A DNA stretch of 64,000 bases from Octopus vulgaris (taxonomy: Eukaryota), in assembly GCA_951406725.2 (NCBI GenBank), contig OX597818.1, positions 106,454,001-106,518,000 of the forward strand, written 5' to 3'. Below the pieces are notes generated by a model. It had not been told where the DNA came from. It did not search any database and saw only the letters and a list, made by a program, of their open reading frames with translations. The position numbers were made by a program, and so were the translations under genes. The stretch's first letter is position 1, and every line of letters starts with the position of its first letter. Below are positions 27,771 to 39,117 of the stretch, piece after piece.

Positions 27771-30739
27771 GAATGTCAAGTAATTAAGAATTAATCTAAT
27801 AAAGTTAGTATGTTTAGGGAAAACATTCCTTATACAAAATCGTACTCAACTTTTGTATTACATTATAAAATATAATACTGGGAATCTCTCTATAAATATG
27901 AAAGTTGTTTTTTATTTATTTTGAAACTATAGATACAACCAAATCACTAAGATCTAGTTGTGAAACAAACTATGCCAGAAATGGTTTCCAAGAAACAAAA
28001 TCTTTCTCTATTCAGAAGAATATAGCTGAGATTTCTGATGAATTGTGTGAAATAAAAGAAAGTCAAATAAACAGATGCTAAATTTTAATGGAGGAAAAAA
28101 TTATGAAGATAGAGTTTATGTTTCATTATGCAATGCCAGATTTACCTGTTGAATCTTAAAACCCAGGGGCCCTCCATTCAAGGTGTATATATAGTTCTAG
28201 ATGTGAGGTTTATAGAGTGGGAAGGGATGAGCCAAAGTGGATTAGCCTAAGGTGTCTCTTTATCTAAATCCAGTGTTGTCAACATGAAAATGACATTTTC
28301 AATTTGAAAAACTAAAATCCTCAATGAGTAAATAAAATTTAAGGATATAACCTTTCTACAGAAATCTAATGGCTTTCAGCTTCCTGACTGGAACTGGAAG
28401 GCGCCTAATACAACTATTGCTGATTCCAATCAGTTGTTACGATATTGATATCTCACAAATATCCAGAAGGGGATATTTTAACTAAATCTTTTTTCGGTAT
28501 TGACTGGAAACAATGTTTTGTTTTTCAAGAGCAATTGCTGTCATCTAAAAGAATTATCCCCGCTGGTTCTTCTTTACATGAAAATTGATCTCAGATTTAC
28601 GCTTAACATTTTTAATGACAAATAGAAATGATTTTAAAAAGGTGAATAAATAGTGAAAACTATGTGAATATATAGTGAATTAATACTGAGAAAAAAATGG
28701 AAAATAGAAACATAAATACTATATCTTCTCTAATAGTAATTTTCCTTTCATGTACATTTTACTTTTACAATTAAAAAAAAACGTAGTGAAAATCAGATTC
28801 CTTATTTACATGCTTTGATAAACCTAGTTGATAAACAAGAAAATAACTACAGTTAATTTGATTAATAGCAAGTTCTAACATTGATTTAAAACCTTTCATT
28901 TGGCAAATTAGCTTTTTTAAAACAGTTTAATTTGCAATGAATTCCTCTATTGTAAAACTTATTTCGCTTACAGATTATATCTATGTAAGTTGAATATTTC
29001 TTAATTCCATTTAGTTGCACCAACAGCTTCACACATAAATACTAACAGTGTTCCAGTTATTATTACAACAAATGATGTGCTGTTTATAATTTCTTACACA
29101 GATACACACACCTTCAAACTTACAAGGAATTGATGATGGAGATTATGACTCATATTTTTTTTTGAAAAGCCTTTAACAACAAAAGCAAAGTGGAAAGGTA
29201 ACACCAGGGACATAAAATCAACCCACATATTTTTCCTGCCACGATCTCTCTAACATATTATGTAACACACAAACTAATTCCTTTCTGCCGCTCCACTGAA
29301 CTATGATGAACGAATGAGAACCAGACAGATTGCTAAATATAATTGTTTTACTTTATTCTAGAACAATAGGCTACTGCTGCAAACCCATGAGCAAAGTGCT
29401 GACATTTTTAATGGACTCTTAATGATATTGCATAAACACTTGAGTAAGGAAAACTGTGAATACGTAAGAAAAATCAAAAATGAATTCTGTGTTAAGAAGT
29501 GGCCATGAGTCAAGCAAATTATTCTTTCTCACATTTAAAAATATTTCCAAGTATATCATAGTGTATCAGTATACATTGGTTTAAGTATCACATGAGAAAG
29601 AGTGTGTGTGTGTGTGCATGTTTACATACAGGTAAGCATGTGTACAAACATAATCAGTTATGCAAATAAGCAGATAAAAGTAGAAAAGGACAAACCCTCA
29701 TGAAATAATCATCAAAAGGAATTCAGAAAGAAGAAAAAAGTTGAACAGAGTTAAGTTTTGCCTGCAATAACCAAAATGATAAAAATTAGAGGAAAATGTA
29801 TTTTCAAAAAAAAGTAAAAGGAAATAAATATTTTAAAAAGTCACTTTATTTATATACGTAATTCATACACACATGCTCACAATATACATTGTAGATTTAA
29901 ACAATTAAATCTACACTCGTGTCGCTTTCTTTAAATATGAGAGGATTTATTTTTTTTATGAATGTAGAGGATTCATGATGTTTATATTCCTATAATGTAG
30001 GGTATAAAATAAAGAGATTTTTTCAAGTCATGATATATTATTAGGGAAAAATTTACAATAAATATATATTGTATACAAAACTATTTTACATACAGGACAA
30101 GATTTATTTGGTGCATCTTAGTTGGATCAAGTCAAATAATTTTCAGAGACAGCTAGAATAGAAAACATGTAGCAATGCTTTTTATCTTCCAGAAACAAAG
30201 TAAGACGAAATCTTCAGGGATTAATTATCAGGCATATTAGTAAGCCAGTAAGAATTATATAAGATTATGTTTGGATGTAAGTTTAAAGCCAGATAAACAG
30301 GAAAGTTACATATGTAGATATTGTTTTAATAACTTTTATATTCTGCACAAAAGAATAAAAGATGTATTTACAACCAAATATGCTTGTTCTTGCGAGAGAA
30401 AACAAAACTATTACTGCATTAGAGGTAATTTAAAAACAGCCATCAGTTAAACAAATGTAAAACATTTACAATTCTTTTATTCGTTTACTGGTTTCAGTTA
30501 TTGTATTGTGACTACAGTGAAGCACAATCATCAAAGGTTTTCACCAAGCATATCAACTAACGTTCTTATTTCTGTCTGGCTCTTATCTCACAGATATCTA
30601 ATTGTCAAACTTCGAAGTTATGGAATATAAAGAACAAAACAAGCAAGAATGTACATCTACATATGCATAACATCTATATATGCGTATACACATATATTCA
30701 TATATATATATATAAGGTTCAAAAGGAACACAGGAGTCG

Positions 30740-30940
30740 ATATACATGGAAAAAAAGTCAAGGTAGAAAATGCAAATACTATGCAAATATTCATTTAAAA
30801 CACTTTTCTTCTAATTTTCCCAAAATTTAATTGTTTTCCATATTTACAGTTGAAAAAGTCTCAATGACTGAAACTGGTACTGGAATGTTTTTTATAAAAT
30901 TATTTTAGCATTTTCTACCTGGAATTTTTTCCACATATAT
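30740..30940. repeat. Inverted repeat (~33 bp arms) enclosing a degenerate hammerhead motif at 30847-30882 (+)
   Basis: TGGAAAAAAAGTCAAGGTAGAAAATGC / GCATTTTCTACCTGGAATTTTTTCCA; cag-TTGAAAA-agtc-tcaat-gact-GAAAC-tg-GTA-ctg. Confidence 0.65.
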
Positions 30941-32007
30941 CATCATCATCATCATCATCATCATCATCGTTTAACGTCCGTTCTCCATGCTAGCATGGGT
31001 TGGACGGTTCGACCGGGGTTCTGGGAAGCCAGAAGGCTGCACCAGGCTCCAGTCTAATCTGGCAATGTTTCTACAGCTGGATGCCCTTCCTAACGCCAAC
31101 CACTCCGTGAGTGTAGTGGGTGCTTTTTACGTGCCACCTGCACAGGTGCCAGGCGAGGCTGGCAACGGCCACGGTCAGATTGGTGTATTTTATGTGCCAC
31201 CGGCACGGAAGCCAGTCGAGGCGGTGCTGGCATCGGCCACGAGTCGGATAGTGCTTTTTACGTACCACCAGACCAGGGATCCTGGCTGGTTCAATTCGAT
31301 TTCGATTTCGCTTGCCCCAACATGTCTTCACAAGCAAAGTGGGTTGGCATGGGTGCCTGTCGTACGGTCGCATTGGAGTATTTTACGTGCCACGGCCACG
31401 AGTCGGATAGTGCTTTTTACGTACCACCAGACCAGGGATCCTGGCTGGTTCAATTCGATTTCGATTTCGCTTGCCCCAACATGTCTTCACAAGCAAAGGG
31501 GTTGGCATGGGTGCCTGTCGTACGGTCGCATTGGAGTATTTTACGTGCCACGGCCACGAGTCGGATAGTGCTTTTTACGTACCACCAGGCCAGGGATCCT
31601 GGCTGGTTCAATTCGGTTTCGATTTCGATTTCGCTTGCCCCAACATGTCTTCGCAAGCATGGGGGGTTGGCATGGGTGTCTGTCGTCGGATGAGGTTCTA
31701 TATCGACTTCGCTTGCCTCAACAGGTCTTTGTGTCCAAGGGAGGAAAGGCATTCATAAGTGGGCTGGGCTCACTTGTCCTGCCTGGTCTTCTCACGTACA
31801 GAATATTTCCAAAGGTCTCGGTTGCTGGTCATTTCCTCAGTGAGGCCTAAAGTTCGCAGGTCGTGCTTCACCACCTCGTCCCAGGTTTTCCTGGGTCTAC
31901 CTCTTCCACGGGTTCCCTCAACAGCTAGGGATTGGCACTTTCTCACACATCTATCTTCATCCATTCTCGCCACATGACCATACCAGCGCAATCGTCTCTC
32001 TTGCACA

Positions 32008-32010
<3 letters not shown>
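30940..32010 (-). mobile_element. Young RTE LINE 3' end: ORF C-terminus plus expanded 3' UTR
   Basis: QERRLRWYGHVARMDEDRCVRKCQSLAVEGTRGRGRPRKTWDEVVKHDL; CpG-rich and little decayed; (GAT)n tail at 30940-30968. Confidence 0.95.
31235..31686. repeat. Tandem repeat of 158-159 bp, about 2.8 near-identical copies, inside the RTE 3' UTR
   Basis: GGCCACGAGTCGGATAGTGC starts at 31235, 31394 and 31552. Confidence 0.95.
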
Positions 32011-32054
<44 letters not shown>

Positions 32055-32076
32055 TTATATTTATATATATATAAGT

Positions 32077-32635
32077 GTGACCGGGACCTTTGGAGATATG
32101 CTTGGGAAGACCTGACAAGCCAAGTGATACCATAGCCCATGGCCTATGCCAGTGGGTGTAACCAGCCCATTTATGAATACCCCTCATTCATTGGACAATA
32201 GACCTTGCTTGTGAAGACCTGTTGAGGTAAGTGTAATCAAAATCAAAATTACTGATGTGGCTGATGACAGTACCGCCTGATTGGCATGAATGCCAGTGGA
32301 ATGTTAAAAGCACATCCGAGCATGACCGTTGCAAGGGCCACGGTTTGGCTCCCATGCGGGTGGCATGTGATAAACAACATTTTAGTGTGGTCGTTGCCAG
32401 GATATACCTTTTGAGCATGAGTGTGGTCATTGCCAGAACCACCTGACTAGCCCTCGAGCTGGTGGCATGTAAAAAGCACCCACTACACTCTCAGAGTAGT
32501 AAGCATTAGGAAGGGCATCCAGCTGTAGAAACTTTGCCAGAGCCTGGTGCAGCCTCTGGCTCACCAGTCCTCAATCAAACGGTCCAACCCATACCAGCAT
32601 GGAAAACGAACGTTAAATGATGATGATGATGATGA
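32077..32635 (+). mobile_element. RTE LINE 3' end (older copy)
   Basis: DRDLWRYA C-terminal peptide, family 3' UTR and (GAT)n tail. Confidence 0.88.
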
Positions 32636-32650
32636 TATGTGTGTATATAT

Positions 32651-32703
<53 letters not shown>

Positions 32704-32721
32704 GTTATATATGTATCTGTG

Positions 32722-32819
32722 TAGGAAAAAAGCAACAAGAATGGATTAAAATCTCGGTACGATCGTTTCGTACGAGGATCGTACCGAGATTTTAATCCAT
32801 TCTTGTTGCTTTTTTCCTA
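32722..32819. repeat. Perfect 43 bp inverted repeat with 12 nt loop, containing hammerhead 3' half-site
   Basis: Arms 32722-32764 and 32777-32819 are exact reverse complements; the minus strand reads CGAAAC-GATC-GTA-CCGAG. Confidence 0.95.
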
Positions 32820-32999
32820 TTTGTAATCACCCCACTTGTCGTATGGTTAACACCATATAGATTTCCGGTGCATCCTAGTTAAGGACCATATTCATGTGAA
32901 TTCTTTAGAATTCACTAGAATCTCAATTACTTAACTGAATATATGTATCTGTGTATATACACACACACAATTGTGGAAAATGACTCACTGCTACTACAT

Positions 33000-33145
33000 A
33001 AACCTGATGATTGCTTAATGTGTAAAAGTATTAGTTTTATCATAATAAATATATAATATTCTATTATTATAATATTGTAAAATTGTAAAATTGTAATGAA
33101 ACATGAAAATGAGACTATGTTGGAATTTCATTGATTAATATATAA
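33000..33145 (+). mobile_element. PLE pseudo-LTR-like repeat with decayed hammerhead (33000-33037)
   Basis: aaac-CTGATGA-ttgcttaatgtgt-AAAAG-TA-TTA-gttt; same family as 3038-3160. Confidence 0.6.
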
Positions 33146-33218
33146 ATATAAACATACATATGTATGTATGTGTGTGTGTGTTTGTGTATGCATGTATGAC
33201 ACAATGAGATAATTATAG

Positions 33219-33250
<32 letters not shown>

Positions 33251-33419
33251 TTATACATCTCTATATGAGCACATATATGTATGTACATATGTACACACAC
33301 ACACATATGCAAATAAATACATATATTTACAAACATATATTTCTCTGTCACACTCCAACCTTTCATCCTCTGACACGTATTCCCCTCCTCAAATGCCCCT
33401 GCCCCTCTGATAATTCCTC

Positions 33420-33900
33420 ATTTTGTGAGTTACTTGGTGACCCCACCAGTGCTGGTACCATGTAAAAAGCATCCAGTCCACACTGTAAACTAGTTGCCAT
33501 TTGGAAGGGCATCCAACTGTAAAAACCCTGCCAAAATTAACCTTGCTCGTGCTAGTACCATATAAAAACCACAGGGTCCACTCTGCAGAGTGGTTGGTAT
33601 TAGGAAAGGCATTCAACTGTAAAAACCCTGCCAAAATAGACACAGTGGCACAGGGTAGGTTTACAACCTGGCCAGCTCCTGTGAACTGTCGTACCCATGC
33701 ACTGAAGATGGCTGTTAAATGATAATGATGATGATATATATATCATCATCAACATCATCGTCATCATCATTTAATGTCTGTTTTCCATGCTGGCATAAGT
33801 TGGATGGTCTGACTGGAGCTGGTAAGGCCAGGAGCTGCACCAGGCTCCATTGTCTGTTCTTGCATGCTTTCAATGACTGGATGCCCCTCCTAATGCCTAC
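33420..33900. mobile_element. Two old RTE 3' UTR fragments tail-to-tail (+ 33420-33735, - 33740-33900)
   Basis: Family motifs in both orientations. Confidence 0.75.
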
Positions 33901-34015
33901 ATATATATATATATATATATATATCCCGTGCTAGCGCGGAAAACGGACGTTAAACGATGATGATGATATAAGTAAATAAATGGAGTTGAATGCAGATGCT
34001 ATTCAAATTCTTTTA

Positions 34016-34098
34016 CTTTCGACATATGTTTCGAAGACGACATTGGTTTTATTCCAAAGGAATAAATGGTGTAAAATGCAATCTTCTCATCAGGAAAG
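34016..34098 (-). ncRNA. Type I hammerhead ribozyme motif with intact core
   Basis: CTTTC-CTGATGA-GAAGA...TCTTC-GAAAC-ATAT-GTC/GAAAG: 5 bp stem I, G-C closed extended stem II, palindromic stem III loop, GUC cleavage triplet. Confidence 0.85.
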
Positions 34099-34173
34099 AA
34101 AGAGGGCCTATCTCAACAACAAGACATTATATATATATATATATATATATAAAATACATCTCTGTATATAATA

Positions 34174-35000
34174 CTAGCAGTATTGCTCGGCTTGTGCATT
34201 CTATGCACGCGTAAATTAAGCTAAACTTGGATGAAGTTCAATCAAAATTCAATTATTTTGGTTTTAAAATCAAGCATTTAATGCCCCTATTTTTGCACTT
34301 GTGTGTTCCCTTTCCTCAATAGGAAGTACGTAGAAGTGTTTCATAAATTTTTGTTGATCAAATAATTGCATTGTTGAATTATTCTTTTAGATCAGTATTT
34401 CTCAACGGGGATTTCAGGGGAGAGTTTCAGGGAGTCGCTGTCAATGTATCGTGATGATCAAAAATCCAGCCTGCTAAAATTTGGTTAAAGTGATTCAAAC
34501 TGCAGACTCAACACAAAATGGTCACATTTAATTCAGTGTTAAAAATGTTATGAAAACAATTGGTATGCTTTCACAAAGTCCAAACGATTAATATGAAAAA
34601 ACCCTCCAGGCTACATCCCGAAAATTCATTTCTTTACCGAATTTCTACAATGTTTACAGCGATTCGATTTTATATCTTGATTTTTTATTTTTCATGCAAT
34701 TTACACATGCTTGCATGCATGGTGAACATAGTTCACGTCAAACAGCTGATTGAGTAAAGTTCACTATTCAATGCATGGGATAAGGCCTAAACAAACACAT
34801 TATCGATTTTTGCACTTCCGAGATGAATTTTGGAACAGAAATAGCGCAGTTTAATTTTCATTCACCTAAACTTTAAGTGACCCATTTTTGGTGGTTCTAC
34901 GATTTGTTGGCTAGGAGGAGATGTGCCGGGTAGTTAAACACACACACACACACACACAGATACACATACAGACACACAAGTTGAGTTTTATATATATAGA
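34174..35000 (-). mobile_element. Non-autonomous Helitron-like element
   Basis: Minus strand starts TCTATATATATAAAA followed by (TGTC/TG)n, and ends with a GC-rich subterminal segment then CTAG-t. Confidence 0.7.
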
Positions 35001-35099
35001 TATAGCACTTAATATACACTGTAAAGTGGATGGCAGTTCAACCTATGCCAACATGAAAAATAAGTGTTAAATGACAATGATGATATTATATAATTTTAC

Positions 35100-35300
35100 A
35101 AGCAGCCCAGTGGTGGGGGCATGTAAAAGCACCCACTACACTCTTGGAGTGGTTGGCATTAGGAAGGGAATCCATCTATAGAAAACAATGCCAAATCAGA
35201 CTGGAGCCTGGTGCAGCTGTCCAGCGTGCCAACTCGATCAAACCATCCAACCCATGCCAGCATGGACAACGGATATTAAATGATGATGATGATGATGATT
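35100..35300 (+). mobile_element. RTE LINE 3' UTR fragment
   Basis: Family motifs and tail. Confidence 0.85.
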
Positions 35301-35424
35301 ATATGTAATATATAAAATGCAATACATATAATGCTCATAGGGGGTTATAGTCCAAGCTGTAACCTCATCAAGAACATCTGTATGTTAACATTAATGATAT
35401 ATGTATGTGTAAATATACATGGAT

Positions 35425-35512
35425 TTATTCAGTTTTATTTCAAGATTTCTTGCCTGTAGAGAAAGGGTTGGTTTCTAAGCTAGATCCAAGGCTCCTTCAT
35501 TGGAATTTCCAT
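35425..35512 (-). mobile_element. 3' UTR tip of the R4/Dong family seen at 7830-7910 and 19670-19750
   Basis: Reverse complement CCAATGAAGGAGCCTTGGATCTAG...GCAAGAAATCTTGAAATAAAACTGAATAA. Confidence 0.85.
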
Positions 35513-36069
35513 AGACTGACATAGACATTTTGAAGATATAGTAGCGATAATTAATTAATTAATTATTGTGAATGTCAGTGGGTAGCTAGCTTATTTTTTC
35601 CTCTTGTCTATACACATTGACTGTTAAGTAAATATAGTATGTCATTATTTTCAGAACCCACTGAATAGTATGAGGTCGAAATTGTATGCAGATGTATGCA
35701 GATTTCCATGTAACTGTGCATGTCAGCACATGCAGCTACTAATAGATTGCTTTTTGTATGAATGGCTACATGTGTACACATGCATACGTGTGGAGGCATC
35801 TGGGTATGGGTGGAGAGATGTACGCAGGTGGAGCTTGTTCTTGTATTTATATGTCTAACTGTATATATGGATTGACATGTGCACACTATGATATGTGTGT
35901 GTGTGTGTATGCATAGATGTATTTTTATATATATGTGCATCTGCATATGGTTATATATATACACACACATATACATATATATATATATGTGTGTGAGTGT
36001 GTGTATATATATATATATATATATACACATACACACACCCACATGATATATGCATTATATATATTTATA

Positions 36070-36410
36070 TTTGCCAGCTCTGTCTGGCCCCCGTGTTGGT
36101 GGCACGTAAAAAGCACCATCCGTTCGTGTCCGTTGCCAGCCTCGCCTGGCCTCCGTGCCGGTGACACGTAAAAGCACCATCTGTTTGTGGCCGTTTGCCA
36201 GCTCTGTCTGGCACCTGTGCGGGTGGCACGTAAAAAGCACCCACTACACTCACGGAGTGGTTGGCGTTAGGAAGGGCATCCAGCCGTAGAAACACTGCCA
36301 GATCTGACTGGGCCTGATGAAGCCTTCCAGCTTCACAGACCCCAGTTGAACCGTCCAACCCATGCTAGCATGGAAAACGGACGCTAAATGATGATGATGA
36401 TGATGATGAT
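36070..36410 (+). mobile_element. Young RTE 3' UTR fragment with three ~61 bp sub-repeats
   Basis: TTGCCAGC...GGTGGCACGTAAAAAGCACC repeated 3 times, then family tail. Confidence 0.92.
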
Positions 36411-36427
36411 ATATTTATATATATATA

Positions 36428-37325
36428 CTAGCTTAAGGTGACCCGCTCTACGCGCGGGTAAGAGCATGGTTGTTACTTTTTGTTGCTTCCTTTCTGTTTT
36501 TTATCATTACATTCTCCCTCTTTGTTTCTCTCTCCTTTCTCTCTCACTTTCCCACTCTCTTACTCTTCATTTCTCTGGGACTCTCCCTCGCTTTCTCTTA
36601 ATCTCTATCTTTCTCTCTCCCATTTATAAATAACAAAAGATCTTGAGTAAGTTGAGAAATAAAATATTTTGAAAGATCAATCATAAATATCAGGCAGTGA
36701 CAACGGAAAGGTCTGCTTCAATGCAGACAGCAAAACACTACCATTTAAAAGGGACAGACGAACTTTCGAGCTGAATAAAAATAATAAAATATTGGAAACC
36801 AAAGTTTGAAGGGATAAAATCTGAGGATAGTAGAGTCACCATGACTGGCATTTCTTAATGACGGACAGCAACGTAGTGGCAGTTTAACGGCTGGCGTAAA
36901 ATTTTGAACTGGATGTAAAAGAAAATTCCTAAACACCAAGCTTTGAAGTGATTCTTTCTCACGACAGTAGACTCACCATGGCAAGCATTCAAAACTTCTT
37001 CATCATGGACAGCAACACATTGAAGATTTAAAGGCTGGCGCAAATTTTTTAGCTTGATGTAACAGAGAATTCCTAAACACCCACTCCTGTAAATTTTAAT
37101 CCCCTTCCAGCCCCATTTAGACCCCATTTCACATTTTGGTTAATATAACCTGATTTAATTCGGGTCTACTCGGGCCACATTTTATAAGATGAGGAATTTT
37201 GTCCTAGAGGTCACGCCTTTCATTTGAAGAAAAAACTAGTTACCATGCAAACTCGCCAGCACTTTTAACATAGGTGTGCATATTTTCAGCTGAATCGACC
37301 GACTACGTAATGCACACATTATATA
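36428..37325 (-). mobile_element. Non-autonomous Helitron-like element with internal ~135 bp diverged duplication (36821-37081)
   Basis: CTAG at 36428 next to hairpin ACCCGC-TCTACGC-GCGGGT; other end runs into (TA)n. Confidence 0.6.
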
Positions 37326-37479
37326 TATATATATGTATATATGTGTGTGTGTGTGTGTGTGCACGCATTATATATACAAATGTATACAAATTATATATAT
37401 ATATTTATATATAAATACAGATATATACACTTTGTATATATACATTATATATACATATTTATATATAGAATACACACAC

Positions 37480-37930
37480 ACACACATAAATTAACCCAAT
37501 AAATATCTGATTTATAATATTTGTCCTCGTGATTGTGTGGTGGTGGCGATAATAATTCTCTCTATGAATGCAGACAGACGTAGAGAGAGGATGTGGAAGA
37601 AAGAGTGAATGCAGCGGGGGAAAGATAGTAGACTCTGTCAAACGATGTTATAGAGAGAAAGTGAAAGGAAGGGAGGAAAGAGAGACGGAGGAACACAGGT
37701 AGATAAGAGAATGAGAGAAGACTTGTCAAAGTGTGCGTTTTTTGCCCTAGTAACCACAACTTTTAAGGTAGGGATTTCTAATCTAGCCCACTCACATTCT
37801 CACCTCATTTTACATGTCCCTGTAAATTTTGGAGTCAATCCGACGAGATCTAGTGCCCTTTAACCCGTTCCAATTCCAAAACCAGACAAACAAACAAACT
37901 TTTCACATTTCAGATTTATAAATATTGATA
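37480..37930 (-). mobile_element. Helitron-like element 5' part
   Basis: Minus strand ATCAATATTTATAAATCTGAAATGTGAAAAG-(TTTG)n-TCTGG, resembling the other Helitron-like heads. Confidence 0.45.
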
Positions 37931-37968
37931 TATATATATATATACACACACATACACATAATATATAC

Positions 37969-38016
<48 letters not shown>

Positions 38017-38027
38017 TAATATATACA

Positions 38028-38072
<45 letters not shown>

Positions 38073-38223
38073 TAATATATACAATATATATATATGAGAG
38101 GTATTGGTATCCAGAAGACCCAAGGTGGGTGGTAGGTAACGCTATGTAAGTGCTATGGAAGGAATGTAGTTAAACTCTTGGCTCAATAGCGATATAAATG
38201 AGGAGTCTAATGCAGATCTTATA

Positions 38224-38576
38224 TGTTGAATAAAATGAGACAACAAAGCCAACGCTGTGTGGAATTTTCATAACATTTATAAAGAGAAAGTTAGTCTTAC
38301 AGCTGTTTCTAGAATATTAGGGATGTCCCTTCATCAGAGATGATGTAAGATGGTTAAATAGAGGGAAATGTTAGAGTTCAATATTAGGAGTTATTTTCGA
38401 AAAGGAAGCAAATAAGGAGTATATAGGGAAATAGGAGAATGAAAGTAGAAATAAAAATAGCTTTGATGAAGGGATATCCTTAATATCGCAGAAACAGCTG
38501 TAAGACTAACTTTCTCTTTATAAATGTCCTGAAATTTCCACACATCCTTAGCTTTGTTGTCTCATTTTATTTAACA
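38224..38576. mobile_element. Fold-back cassette: two inverted ~115 bp PLE-type pseudo-LTRs, each with a hammerhead (38295-38340 minus; 38461-38505 plus)
   Basis: Arms 38224-38340 and 38461-38576. Minus: tct-CTGATGA-agggacatccctaatattcta-GAAAC-AGCT-GTA-aga. Plus: ct-TTGATGA-agggatatccttaatatcgca-GAAAC-AGCT-GTA-aga. Confidence 0.85.
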
Positions 38577-38609
38577 CACACAAACATATATCAGCCCTGT
38601 TAAGTATAC

Positions 38610-39112
38610 CCCTGATGCATCAGGTGATATGATAAGCTTGAGAAGACCTGCTGAGTCAAGTGAAACCAAAACCAATATCATAGCTGTAGCCAGCTCCCCC
38701 TGACTGGCTCCTGTGCTGGTGGTATGTAAAAAGCACCATCCAAACGTGGCCAATGCCAGTACCCCCAGACTGGCTCCCATGCCAGTGGCATGCAAAAGGC
38801 ACCATTTGAACGTGATTGGTGCCAGGTCTGCCTGACTGGCTCCCGTGCCAGTGGCATGTAAAAGGCACCAACCAATCATGGTCAATGCCAGCACCCCCCA
38901 GACTGGCTCTTCTGCTGGTGGTATGTAAGAAGCACCATCCGAATGTGATCAATGCCAGGACTGCCTGACTGGCTCCTGTGTCGGTGGTATGTAAAAAGCA
39001 TCCACTATACTCTTGGAGTGGTTGGCGTTAGGAAGGGCATCCAGCTGTAGAAACATTGCCAGATCAGATTGGAGCTTGGTGCAATCACTGGCTTTCCAGA
39101 CCTCAGTCAAAC
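38610..39112 (+). mobile_element. RTE 3' UTR fragment with five ~65 bp sub-repeats
   Basis: GACTGGCTCC..TG..GGTGGYATGTAAAAAGCACCA repeated 5 times. Confidence 0.88.
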
Positions 39113-39117
39113 TGTTG

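Noticed and set aside
30987-31568. 193 aa ORF and similar MLAWV...[11 protein letters not shown] ORFs
   Set aside because: Antisense reading of the RTE 3' UTR and its tandem repeat; recurs only because the repeat recurs.
38700-39005. CRISPR-like repeat/spacer look of GGTGGCACGTAAAAAGCACC arrays
   Set aside because: The spacers are homologous to each other, the array is part of a LINE 3' UTR, there are no cas genes and the DNA is eukaryotic.
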